Shown here: positions 27,050-39,475 of the stretch, piece after piece | How the letters are laid out: every line of letters starts with the position of its first letter | Position numbering within the stretch: position 1 is the stretch's first letter | Assembly (NCBI RefSeq): GCF_009914755.1 | Contig: NC_060925.1 | Reading direction: 5' to 3' (one strand) | Source of the DNA: the human T2T-CHM13v2.0 reference genome, Homo sapiens | DNA length: 64,000 bases | The notes under the pieces: model-generated | The model's database searches: none | The model's input: only the letters and a program-made list of their open reading frames with translations | What the model was told of the DNA's origin: nothing | Made by a program: the position numbers and the translations under genes

Positions 27050-27545
27050 TTGGTTTAGCATAGTGGATAATGATCAGGGTTTGGAATCATAGACCTAAAT
27101 TTAAATTTCACCTCTGCTATCTCTTTATATATATATATATGTTCTGGGATACATGTGCAGAACGTGCAGATTTGTTATATAGGTATACATGTGCCATGGT
27201 GGTTTGCTGCACCCGTCAAACCATCAGCTACATTAGGTATTTCTCCTAATGCTACCCCTCCCCTAGCCCCCCATCCCCTGACAGGCCCCGGTGTGTATGT
27301 TCCACTCCCTATGTCCATGTGTTCTTATTGTTCAACTCCCACTTATGAGTGGGTGAGAACATGCTCATCTCTGCTATCTTACTAGCTTTGAGATCTCAGG
27401 CAAGTTGTTTGACTTCGTTAAACTTCAATTTTCACAGTTATAGGAGAGGCCATCTTCAAATCTAGGTTTAAGATTAATTGAGATAATATATGTAAAATAA
27501 TCAGTATCAGGCCTGGCACCTAGCAAGAGCTCAGTGAATGTAGCT
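27050..27545 (+). mobile_element. MIR SINE split by an L1 insertion
   Basis: agcatagtggataa...ttggaatcatagacct on the 5' side; ttactagctttg...ggcaagtt...gcctggcacctagcaagagctcag on the 3' side. Confidence 0.75.
27123..27364 (-). mobile_element. 5'-truncated primate L1 (L1PA-type) 3' end with 15-bp TSD
   Basis: gatacatgtgcagaacgtgcag...catggtggtttgctgcaccc...cccacttatgagt is the L1PA 3' UTR; flanked by tcacctctgctatct (27108-27122) and tcatctctgctatct (27365-27379). Confidence 0.93.
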
Positions 27546-27547
27546 GG

Positions 27548-27563
27548 ATGATGTTGATGTTGT

Positions 27564-27597
<34 letters not shown>
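27548..27597. repeat. (GAT)n trinucleotide repeat
   Basis: Direct observation. Confidence 0.9.
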
Positions 27598-27819
27598 ACC
27601 AAAATCCATTCTGGATTGGGATGAGAAAGAGTAAAATTCAACCTCAAAACCTTCCTCATGCAGTTTTTGAAGGCAGATTTCCAGAGTTCAATGTTAGTCC
27701 ATTTGTTTGAATTACTGCCAAATTTTTTCCATCACTGCTAACAAAAAAGTCTCAATTCTAAATTTTAAAAATGCTATCAAGTACTTAAAACTTAGCCCTA
27801 CATTTACACTCCCAGGTAC

Positions 27820-28260
27820 AATTGTCCAGAGGCACACATTTAATGGGGCTGCACATACACGTCTGCTGACATCACCCTGTCAATGGTGCAAGCGTGTGTG
27901 TTAATACATTTCATACATTAAAGATGTAAATTTTATTCTTCAAGCTGAAAGCCAGGTGATTAATTCTCATAGCATAGTGATCAATTGGTGCAGATGCTCC
28001 ACCTGTATTAATGTTTGTTTTTGTACACATTAGTAGCAGGAGTACACCAATAACGCAGGTGTCTGACACAGAGCTATGCAACATTCCCTTTAGCCGGCAA
28101 ACATTGAGATCAGTAGTTAGGTTGCACGTAGCACTGCCAATTTTTTCAATTAGACCCATTATTGATTTGATGAAAAAGCAAATTAAACATACCATGGTGG
28201 TATGTAAATTGGTTAGAGAGAGCATAAGGTTCTGGTACAAAGCTTCAAAGGCATGAGCTA
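27820..28260. promoter_or_regulatory. Candidate conserved non-coding element / enhancer
   Basis: Repeat-free; dense TAAT, TGACA/TGTCA and E-box motifs; retained CpGs. Confidence 0.5.
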
Positions 28261-30219
28261 TATGGCTTTCATCAGCAGTAACTCATTAGGGGTTCCTGGC
28301 AATTGCTGCTATATATGGGGTTCCTTGAGCTACGTGGGTTGGTTAGCAAAACAATCACCTAGAAAGACCTGGACAGTATTTTTAAAAATTCACATCGGTT
28401 TTGCAGAAAGAAAAACAATGCCGGAAATCAAACTTTGAGTGGATATGGACAAAAGAAAAGGTACGGAAGTGGCATAAAATTGCTTTTGTAAACTTTGGCT
28501 CATTTTCATAAGGTTTGGCTCATTTTGCCTGCCCACCTGTATGGCATGCAAGGTGAATCAAACGGGTACACATGTGACATTTTATAAGTTGATTATGTTG
28601 ATTCAAAAATTTGTCTTGACCTCTCTCTCAAGTGACTGCATGTTCTCATTGTCTAAATTTGAAGCCTCTTGGCTTGGTCTATAACTAGAGTCTAACACAA
28701 CTTTTATAGTATAATTCCTTAAAATTTAAAAGAATGCTCTTTCTTCGATGAATGATGTCCTTCAGTTCTGCTAACAGATGAGGCAGAGGTCTTGAAAATG
28801 GACTTGTTTAACCTATACTATAGGTTTAACCAAAAGAACAAAGCTAGTAATTAAACCTTCACATACATTTGACACCTTGACACCTTCCCATACATTTATC
28901 TTTACTGGATTACTCTACATTGTGCAAATCCAGCTGCGATGTCATTTTCTTCAAGAAATCTACCCTGATTCCAAATGTTAGAGTTTCCACCATGGTACAC
29001 CTATAGTACGCTGGGCTACTCCATCAGTGCACATAGAGCACTGTTATAAATGCCTCCTTGCTTGTCCGTATTCCCCAATAGACTCTAAGCTTTAGGAAAG
29101 TGTGCCCCCATCTACCCTACTTACTTTTGTATATTGCCTTGCAGAGTAATTACCGTAAAGGTACCCAACACATTTAAAATAATTAAGTAAATAATGCAGT
29201 AAAAATTTTAATTTTGTCAATTTCAAATGAGAGTGTTTATTAAGTAAGATTCCAAAGAATTTGCTTTTCTCCATGCAAATAAGGGACCTAGCAGGCCAAA
29301 CGATTGGTACTGCCAAATGTTAAGCTCTAAATTTTAACTGTATAGAATATGACAAATCTTTCAAGACAAACTAGAATCTCTCAATGACTATTTCAAGTGC
29401 CACCGAAATAAGTAGCAGGTGCACCAAGGTCATATAAATATGTTCTTCACATGCTATTTAGCAACTTACACTGGAGAAGGCAAATAACTTTTACAGAGAA
29501 GAAAGAAAATGAACAAAAGTGATGTCAGTAACTAGGTAAGGCTAAGACCAAAAAGAAAATCAGAGAGTTGCAAATTTTAAATACCGTAAGATCAATGATG
29601 GAAAAGAACTTTTTATATCAGAACTCAAAAGAAAGAGAAATAGATAAGAGAAAAATATTGGAAAGGAGGGAAAAGTATGAATATTGATTGCATTGAGATA
29701 ATCAAATAGAACCAAGAGAGATTGGGGAGGGTCCTCCATTTGTGATAGGACAATTTCTGCAAATAAATAAAGAAATAAAGGGACAAGTGTCACAGGTCAT
29801 CAGCAGATATTGAGTTGCCAGGCGAGCATAATTAGAGAAAAGACATTCAGATCAGATAGTCCATCCATACAATTATATTTATTATCCTTTGAATTATAAC
29901 ATCTTATATCTACCAAGATTTCAGTATGTGCCCCAAATTAACACACTCTTTCTCTTTCTTGGCCATACTGGGGCACTGCATACATGCACGTCTTCACAGA
30001 GAATGGCTTAGATCAAAAGAATACATTGCCCACACAGAGAAGCTCTAAAATGTGAAACTTAGAAAAATAAAGTTTTTGTTCACATTTTCCCCCTGAAGGA
30101 AAACCATTCCATCCAAATACATGAGGATGGCATAAATCACCTGAAGAGTTCTTGATTGTTTTTGTTTTTCTTTATTTTTACACTTGTAAGTTCATTTTTT
30201 TTAAGAGAGGAAATATAGA

Positions 30220-31000
30220 AGATTGGAGCTGGCACTGCCAGCAGTTTCTGATGGGAGAGAGCATATGTTTTCTGTCATGTTGGCATCTGACTGCAACAGC
30301 CGTGCGGAAGTCAGTTCAAGTCCTTACATCAAAGTTTGCTTGCCATTGTGGGGACGTTGTTAGAAGTTGAAAAAAAGCAATGTCCATTTGAAGCTTGTCT
30401 GTGAACTTTGCATGAACCGCTAGGAATAATGTAGTGTGATGACAAGCCAGTTATACCTTCCACTAAATTTGCTGTCTGGAATGAACTGAAATAGTGTTTG
30501 GTTTGTGTAATTACGTCCATCTATCTTTATATTCCAGCGGCATATCGCAAATTGAAAATACTAAAAATTGACTGTTGGTTCTGATATTTAATGATTGCCA
30601 AAGACAAGACGATGATTTATTGGTTACTTACCGATGTGACACATTTGCATCTTATTAGACGGAGATTACTATTCCTTAAAATGCGGACGAGGCCTGATCA
30701 TGTCTGATGGATTGATTTGATTTGCAAATGTAATCAAACTAATAAGAGGGAAAAAATGAGCAATAATGCCTTGTTTTTCAACTGGCAATCACTCCGCTGC
30801 CAACAAGGCTGATATCCCTGACTAAGCAGCCTTTACACAGTCTTCCTGTCACCTCAAATAAACAAAGGGATGCTAAGAGCTTGATAAGAGGATAACAAGC
30901 CAAGTATGGACGCAACATGGAGCCCACACCTCTGAACTGTGCTGTTGCCGGAGAGAACAAAAGTCAACGGCAGGAGATGTAACACAACCTTAACAATCTT
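30220..31000. promoter_or_regulatory. Candidate conserved non-coding element (POU and PBX-HOX motif cluster)
   Basis: ATTTGCAT 30643-30650, TGATTTAT 30613-30620, TGATGGAT 30705-30712, many CpGs, no recognisable repeat. Confidence 0.5.
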
Positions 31001-32669
31001 GAGAAAAACAATGGTTGTAATCAGTTCTATATTCCCATATTAAGTCATGGTCAATGAAGAATCTTTTCTTAAAGTAAAGATACTGCCATTCTCCTTAATG
31101 CAGAAAATAGGTCTCTGTTCATAAAGAGACTCCATTTCTGAAGTAGTTTAACTATTTAAAATCCAAATGGTTTCAGAACAACCATGCATATAGAGTTTAA
31201 GAACAGCATAAAAGTCCTTTCAGGCAGATTCTGGCTCTCAGTTTAGTCCACAGACTATGGCTGATAATCAGAACATGGGAATAGAGAGCCGCAGAACGGT
31301 CAATGCTGAAATACTAGGCCAGGAGGCGTGGTTGACATCTGACTTACATCACTCTCAAAACACTTCTTCAAGACTCTTGACTATGTGAGACAGAAGAATT
31401 AAAATTATGATCACGAATAGGCTGCAGAACAACAGTCTTGAAATAAAATTTCAAAAAATATTTTGATAATGCATAAACCATGCATCATAGTCATAAAATA
31501 CTCACAGAGACAGTCTCCCAAGAATAGCAGTGTTAGTAAAGCTTATCATATAGTAGGCTCTTAATATATACTTTGTTTAGTGCATAAATGAATAGGCATG
31601 AGCTTGCTACAAAAATATATTGCACATGGTATTTTTGTTGAGGAACTGAATATTACAAAGTGTTTAGGAAAATGTCAAACTGAATTTATAAAGCTTATTT
31701 CCATATTCAGATGTCTCAAAAAATATCCTAGTTGATGTTTTGTGATAACCTCACTACCCATTCTCAGGCCATATAAAATGTACTCAACCATACAATATAG
31801 TACGGTTAGATTTAAATTAAATAATAAATAGTTCTATTCTAACTATAAAAAATTGCCTTGGAAATTTGAGTTAAAGTTTCATGGCAAATACACAGACGTG
31901 TTAAAACCCTCAGAGTGCAGAGGGTCAGACAACCGATCGGGTTAATTAAAACCCGTGGATTATTCACAAGCTAATTTTAACCAAATGTTATGTACTGATC
32001 TGCCAGAAACAGTGTTTGTTCAAAGATAGCATCAATGCTTACATGGTATGTTCAAAGATGCTTCTATTTTGTGCAGAGAGATATAGTAGAAAGGCTGACG
32101 GAGATTTATTATTGGGTGTGCCTTTAAAGCATCTTTAAATTCATGTTATTTTATCCTTCTGTTGTCTTTACTATTTAGCTCTGCATCAAGATCCTTGGCA
32201 GTTGTTCCATCAACCAAACTCTCGGCCACTTGGGCTGTTGGCCATGTTCCCCAATCACAAACCTCAGTCAGTCTCTCTACTATATCTCTCCGCACAAAAT
32301 AGAAAGATTCTGAACCATATCTATAAATTAATAGTCCTTCAGAAACAGATTTAATCTGATATATTCACAGAGTATACCCAGGCTATAACAAATAACATAG
32401 GCCTATTGTTTATACTTTGTGATATCTAGTTTTTCAAATATCCAAAATAACTTTCCTAAAACATATTCACTGCTATTAATCTATCTTCAAGAAATATATT
32501 GTCCATATAAATCATGTATATCTATATATATAAAATGTGATATAATATAGGAAAAAGTTAAGATGATAATTTTTAAATATCTAATACTATGCATAAGCAG
32601 GAATAGTATACTCTTTTCTGAAAAACTGTTAGTGATAATGATAAATATCAATAATGCACAACTGAGCAT

Positions 32670-32990
32670 TAATAGACCTGAGTTTTAGTCTCAACTCTGT
32701 CTCTGACTAGCTTGTGACCTCATGCAGATCATTCAACTTTCTTGATCTTAAGCATCTTTATCCATAAGTGAATGTGCAAGTAAAGGCATTTAACGTTTGT
32801 TGAACACTTGAAATTATATGTCAAAGATTAGACTGGGCACTTGGCCTACGTTAGCTCATTGGATTATCTCAGCAATCCATACAGTAGGTATTGCTAACCC
32901 CAACTTATATATGGGCATACTGAGTTCATGGGATGTGGCAATACCAAGATTTGAACGAGGGTCTCTAACTACAAAGACAGTACGTTGCTG
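32670..32990. mobile_element. Two MIR fragments in opposite orientation
   Basis: agacctgagttttagtctcaactctg...actagcttgtgacctc (plus); ctcagcaatccatacagtaggtattg...ccaagatttgaac (minus). Confidence 0.55.
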
Positions 32991-34487
32991 ACTACAATAT
33001 GGTGCCTCCCCTTAAAATACAAAGGTCTAGCAAATTATCTCCAAAGGCCATTCCAGCTCTATCATCCCAGAATCGACTTTTTGGGGAAAGGGATCTAGCT
33101 TTGATATTATTCCATATATTAGAAAGGGGTGTTACAAAGCTTCCTCTAGACATGCTTTTAAATAAACAATCATATTTTGAAAGTTTGGGAACATTTATTA
33201 TAAAGCTCTCTCTTTTAGAATAACAGCAATTCACAGAAACAAAGCTGAAAAATCTGAAGTAATTATTCCATGTTTTTCCGCAAAAGATGAATTTAAGAAA
33301 CATTGCGTTGAACCTCTGAGAGTGCATTCCTCTTTTAGGTATGCAAATCTGTGCTGAGGACACCCTGCCACTGGGTTTTGCCATGACACAGACAAATCAC
33401 AAGAATAAGAGCAGCTTGACTTATTTTTTTTTTTTCCTAAAATGCTGACCATGTCAGGAAGAGTTAGTTTCTCCAGGAACTCACAGCTGCTCCTTCTCCC
33501 TCTCTCCCTCTGCAGCCCAGGCCACCATGTGCCCTGGCACAAACGTGCTGACTGGTGGAGGAGGCCCAGCACTTCAGGTAATTAATCCTTTCCTAATGTA
33601 GGTTAAGCAGGTGTGAAGCCTCCCTCATACAGAGAGGAGGTGGCTGCTCTTTGGAGACACCCCTAGTGTTATGGTATTTAATTGGGCTCAGATGATTCTC
33701 AGAAACTGGGTAGGTGTGTTGCTGACCTGGACATTCAGTTTTCAACTTGCTTAAGTGAAATCCAGTTGAAGAAATTGGTCTTTTCCCCTTCTGGACTTTC
33801 TAATATTAACAATTTGTGGTTGCCAGAATAATGTCCATTCTGGCAATGAAAATATAATTTCCTCATTGGAAGCAAAGTTATGTGATTACTGGAGACTAGC
33901 AGAGTTTCAGATTAAGTTGAATTGACTATTGCTCTCAGAATTATCATGGATGGGGTTTATTCATTATATTTCTCTCCTTTCCAAAATACAATGCACTAGT
34001 ACATTTAAATTCATATGAAAATAATATTTTACTGCACCATAAGAGATCCAAGTGTACATAAAAAGCTAAAACAAAATCCCTACTTTGAGTTTACATACCT
34101 TGTATATCATTCCTGACACTCGCTATAGGAAAAAAAAATAACCTGGCAAAAATTAATATAAAAATTGTGGACTACTCCAGAAATCAAAAATTTTAAAAGT
34201 GTGTTTTTTTCTAAGAGAAAAAAAGTTTTCTTCTTAAGAGTCATAGCAAAGTATGTATAAACAATGGGGGCGTTATGACCATTTAGCATACAACATAGCC
34301 TGCTTAGACTGTTGCCAATGAGTGATTTTGGCAGGTTAAATTGGTTCTTCTACTTGAAATCTTCTAATTGAGGTTATTTATGATGGCTGAATTGGGGAGG
34401 AAGCAGCAGGATTTTAGTGAAATAATATTTCTGTAAGAGTCTAGTGCTGTGGACACACTTGGTACGGTGTTAAGATACATCATTTGA

Positions 34488-34794
<307 letters not shown>

Positions 34795-34801
34795 TCATTT
34801 G

Positions 34802-34957
34802 AGCTGAGTGCAGTGGCTTATGCTTGTAATCTCAGCTACTTAGGAGGCTGAGGATGGAGGACTGCTAGAGCCCAGTAGTTCCAGGTTGCACTGAGCTATG
34901 ATCATGCCACTGCATTCCAGCCTGAGTGACAGAGCAAAACCCCATCTCTTAAAAAAA
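34802..34957 (+). mobile_element. Alu monomer (FRAM or AluJ right-arm-like)
   Basis: Single diverged arm with gagctatgatcatgccactgca and a short A tail. Confidence 0.85.
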
Positions 34958-36859
34958 CTAATTTGTAAAATGCCATTAATATGGATAGTTGGGGTCACTT
35001 TTGATGTCAGTTAGTACAACTTTCCTGTTAGATTTGTTGAAAATTAAAGAAAAGAGAATAATAAAAATGTGTAGTTAAAGGGAGAATAGTGCTTCGACTA
35101 CATCTATGTGGACCCTTACTGTGATTAATAAGGAAAATTCATCATCAACAAGAAAGAGGGAAATGAACAGCAAAGGAATTTGCTGTAGCGTTTGCCTTCC
35201 TCTTCTCCTTTCACTGCCCTGATAATCCCTCAACAGAGGTGATGCAACAGTCTATTAGATCTCAATATCAAAAATATTCCCTGATATTCCTCACACCTTT
35301 AATTCCTCCCCAAGTGTCCATATTGAGTTCAGTTCAACTCCCTTTCTCTTTTCTTCATCCACACCAGCACCATTGCCTTTCACACATCAAAACCACACTT
35401 TGTTTCTTGAACCTGGTGGTTACTTATTCACTGAACCTTGGTCTAACAAGGAGGTAGGCTGACTCAGTCACATAAAAGAACACAGCCAAGGCTGACATTC
35501 TTGGGGGAAAAAAAGCATACAGATGAGCAAAGGTACATGGCTTTTCTCTACTGAGGTTTGTGATCCAAAATTATTTCAAATTCTCCTTCTAGTGGAAAAA
35601 GCTCTATCCTTTAAAACACATACACACTTTACTATAAATCACTAGCACTTTCAAGGTAACAATTCTATTTTGTGTTTAAAATGACTTGAATATTTCTTTT
35701 CCAAAATAATTAGGTTATTTTCCAGTTTTCACGAACTAATTTTGATAGGTACAAAGCTGGATTACCCAGCTATTATATGCACAAAATATAGTGTGTGTTA
35801 TCATATCAGAAATTCTAAGTTCAGCTGAGTAATACAGGTGCCCTCTTTAAAAAAAAAAAAAAACCTGAATAGTTAAAACAATTTTAAGAAATCACTTCTC
35901 TGCCTGTTTAAAAAGTGCTTTTAAATGACTGTATTCTATAGAAAACTGTTTCTCGGATGCCTGATGTCTCCAGCTGCCACACAATTTATATCTCTTTCCT
36001 CTGCTCTTTGTTTTTCAGCCATTTTCCCTGAATGTCAAAGTCAATTTAGTGCATTTCACTTTGCTGAATAAATCAGAGGTGAAATCCTTGCTAAAAGTGA
36101 AAATTTGATTTGCTAAAAGGAGCTTAGGGCAACTATTAATCAATATATCCAGAGTGTCAAAGCCAAGGCCAGGATAGACACGCATTCATTTGGAGATTGG
36201 CTGAGGCAGATAAAGGGGGACGCAGGGGAAAAAGTGCGACCAGCCCACTGAAGGGAAGTGGGATTAGGGTTGGAGAGAGGGTCAAAAAGGAGCAAAGGGG
36301 AAAACAAAACATTCTATGCATCATGTTCTGCACTCCTCCCCCAACTTTTCTTTTAGAGGTGGAAAAAGCTTTTTTAATCAAGCATTTAAGCATATATGAA
36401 TTATACTAATTATGCCAGCTTTTATATAACAATTTTCTCACAAAACCACGAGGCTTTCTCTCTTTAACTTATCAAGTAGCTTAAGAATAACTAAAAAGTC
36501 AGAGGTAACAGCTCCATTAACAAAAAAGAAGAGTGCCAGAAAAAAAAAATATATGACCTGGGCCAGGTCTATAGGATATTGATGTTTTGATAATCCTCAG
36601 GTAAGTTTCAGGAAATTTCAGGCTTCTAAAAGATTATAATATGTGGTGAACTGAATGACTGAGCTCATCCTGTCACTTTATCGTTCAAAAGAGCTTAGCA
36701 ATTACCATGAACTTGCCTTAAAATGATAACATATTTTAGGACATAGTACATGTAGAAATCCTCAGCACTCAGGAATTGTTTTCAAAAGTATTGGGAAATC
36801 TTTCTGTGTGTAAAATAATTCAAAAGTTCCAATTTTAATCTTTTCAAAATGCAGTTCAA

Positions 36860-37200
36860 CTCAGGTCATCTTCAGCTAAAACTTTCAATAGCACTTCACT
36901 GCCTTCAGAATAAAATTTGTTTTCCTTAGCATAAAATTCAAGGTTTTTCATGATGGGGTCCTTGCAGATCTTTCCAGCCTCAAGTCACATCTTCTTCCCA
37001 TGCTCCTCCTTCTAAGTCTCCATGTGACTCTGTAGGAGAGGACTATCATAGCCCTCATAATTCAGTTATAGTTGTCAAATCACCTCCCTGAATCACCCAC
37101 CACACAGTGAAGATGTTAAAAGCAGAATTTGTGCTGTATTCATGTGTGTATCATTAGCGCACAGGGTCTGACATAGAGCTCATTAAATGCTTATGCATGG
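36860..37200 (+). mobile_element. L2 LINE 3' fragment
   Basis: ctaaaactttcaatagcacttcactgccttcagaataaaat...cacagggtctgacatagagctcattaaatgct. Confidence 0.6.
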
Positions 37201-37814
37201 AAGGAAGGAAAGGAAGGCAAGAAGGAGAGAGGAGGAAACTAAGAAGAAACTGTTAAGTGGTAGAGCTAACATTTTTTATATGGTCAAGTCTTGCACAACT
37301 ACTCACTTCTGCTCCAATTTACCTATAACTTTCAATCAGATTAATTGCCCAGTGATCTGAAGAGAGTCAGAGACAGGGAGCATCCAGTCTTAGCAACCAA
37401 TCATTTAAGGACTTCGCCAGCTCTTCACATGAGCAGCTAGTGATTGACTTGTTTCAGTAAAACTTGTAATCAGGAATGTTTAAAATACACTCTTGTCCAA
37501 ACATCTTGATTTTTATTGATTTATAGGACATACATTTCCTTTTTAAATTCACTCTCCTTCCCTTTAATCTTTCATTTTTTAATGTATAGATAAGATTTAT
37601 TGATAGGGCAAATATGTTACATTTGCCTTAACTTGTTATAAAACAGAAGTAGGTAATCTGGAACAAATGACAATGAACAACAGAAAAGCAGACAAGGAAT
37701 GAAAAGAAAGATATAAGGAAGCCACTGTTAAAAAACCAAACCAAACCAAACCAAAACAAAAAAACACATTAAGTTAAATATACTATGTGTCTAAGTATCA
37801 TTGTCAACGGTGTG

Positions 37815-37950
37815 TGTCAAGGTTCCTGAATCTCAGGTTTACTCATCTATAAAGTGGGACTAATAAGATTGAAACTTACCTACAGAATTGTTGTGGACAT
37901 CACATAAAAGTTTATAAGGGTCTTTTGTAAACAATAAATAACTATGGAGA
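37815..37950 (+). mobile_element. MIR SINE fragment
   Basis: ctcaggtttactcatctataaagtgggactaataa...acctacagaattgttgtg. Confidence 0.6.
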
Positions 37951-39160
37951 TGTTAGTTAGTTTTATATTTAAAGCTTAATCCCATGAAAAAAAATAAAGC
38001 TGAATAAATTCTGGAACTAATAAAGTTGTAAACCAAATAGATTATCACAAATGTATGCACACACATGTATATGTATTTATGCAGACATAGATCCATCATT
38101 CAGGGTAGATGTCATGTCATGCACATCTTTTAAATTTCCCATAGTACAAAGTGTAGTGTTAAATATACAGGAGACACTCAAATACTTAAATTGCATTCAG
38201 TGATTACTATGAAATGATTATTTCACTTTGATCACAGGTATATAAGAGCTGGGTTATGTATGGATGGCAAATATATTTTGGGGAGTCCTGGGAACAAGCA
38301 AAAGCAATGCTGGAACGGAGACACATGAGCACAGGATATTTAGTATGATGACAGAATTGTATATTAGGTCAAAAACAATGGCATGAGTGGTGAGGACAGG
38401 CCTCTCTGAGCATTTTTCACAACTTTGGCTTGTCTCTTGAACTAGATCTCTGCCTAGGAAACCTAGCTACTTCTCTGTTGGTCTACTTTTTTGTTTCCAG
38501 CAAGGGTAGCTGCAGAAAATAGAGTCCCTAAGTAATATTTCAGATTATTTTTTTCAAAACTTATTTCTCAACTTACTGGTTCCTATTTCGATGCCATAGT
38601 TGTGACTTCAGAAACTATTAAACTGGTAAATTTTCAGTTGTTTTAGGCTTAACCAAAGAGGCTGGACTAAATCGTTTAGACGCCAATGGTCCTGCCCATG
38701 TAGAATAAAATTATGACAGTATCTACACAATGATTCTCTTGGTTAAATAAGCTTTTCTCCCCTCTCTATTAAAATTGATGTTTGTTCTGAATTTTTATAA
38801 ATTGCTTTTATGAATATGAACTTTTTAGATCACTTGGTTTTAATTGTAATGACAATCTATGGCAGTACCTTGAAAATAAAAATGAACACTGAATGCTGTA
38901 CATTTAGATCATGCTTTATAATTTGAAAATTATTTATACATATAAATAATTTGCATGTATTTTTTTTCCTCATTTGATTTCTATTTTAACTGATAGTGAG
39001 AGTAATTAAGTAACTTACAAAACATTACTCAATGACAGCTCAAGTTTTCTGATTTTACTTTCAGAATCATTCGACCCTTATTAATCACAACTACAGGTAT
39101 ACAGGTATATAACTACCAGGTACATTAAAAATAACCTTTAAATATTTCATAATTGTATTC

Positions 39161-39475
<315 letters not shown>

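Noticed and set aside
31933-31955. CCGATCGG palindrome and CGGGTT-aattaa-AACCCG inverted repeat
   Set aside because: Too short to distinguish from chance without conservation data.
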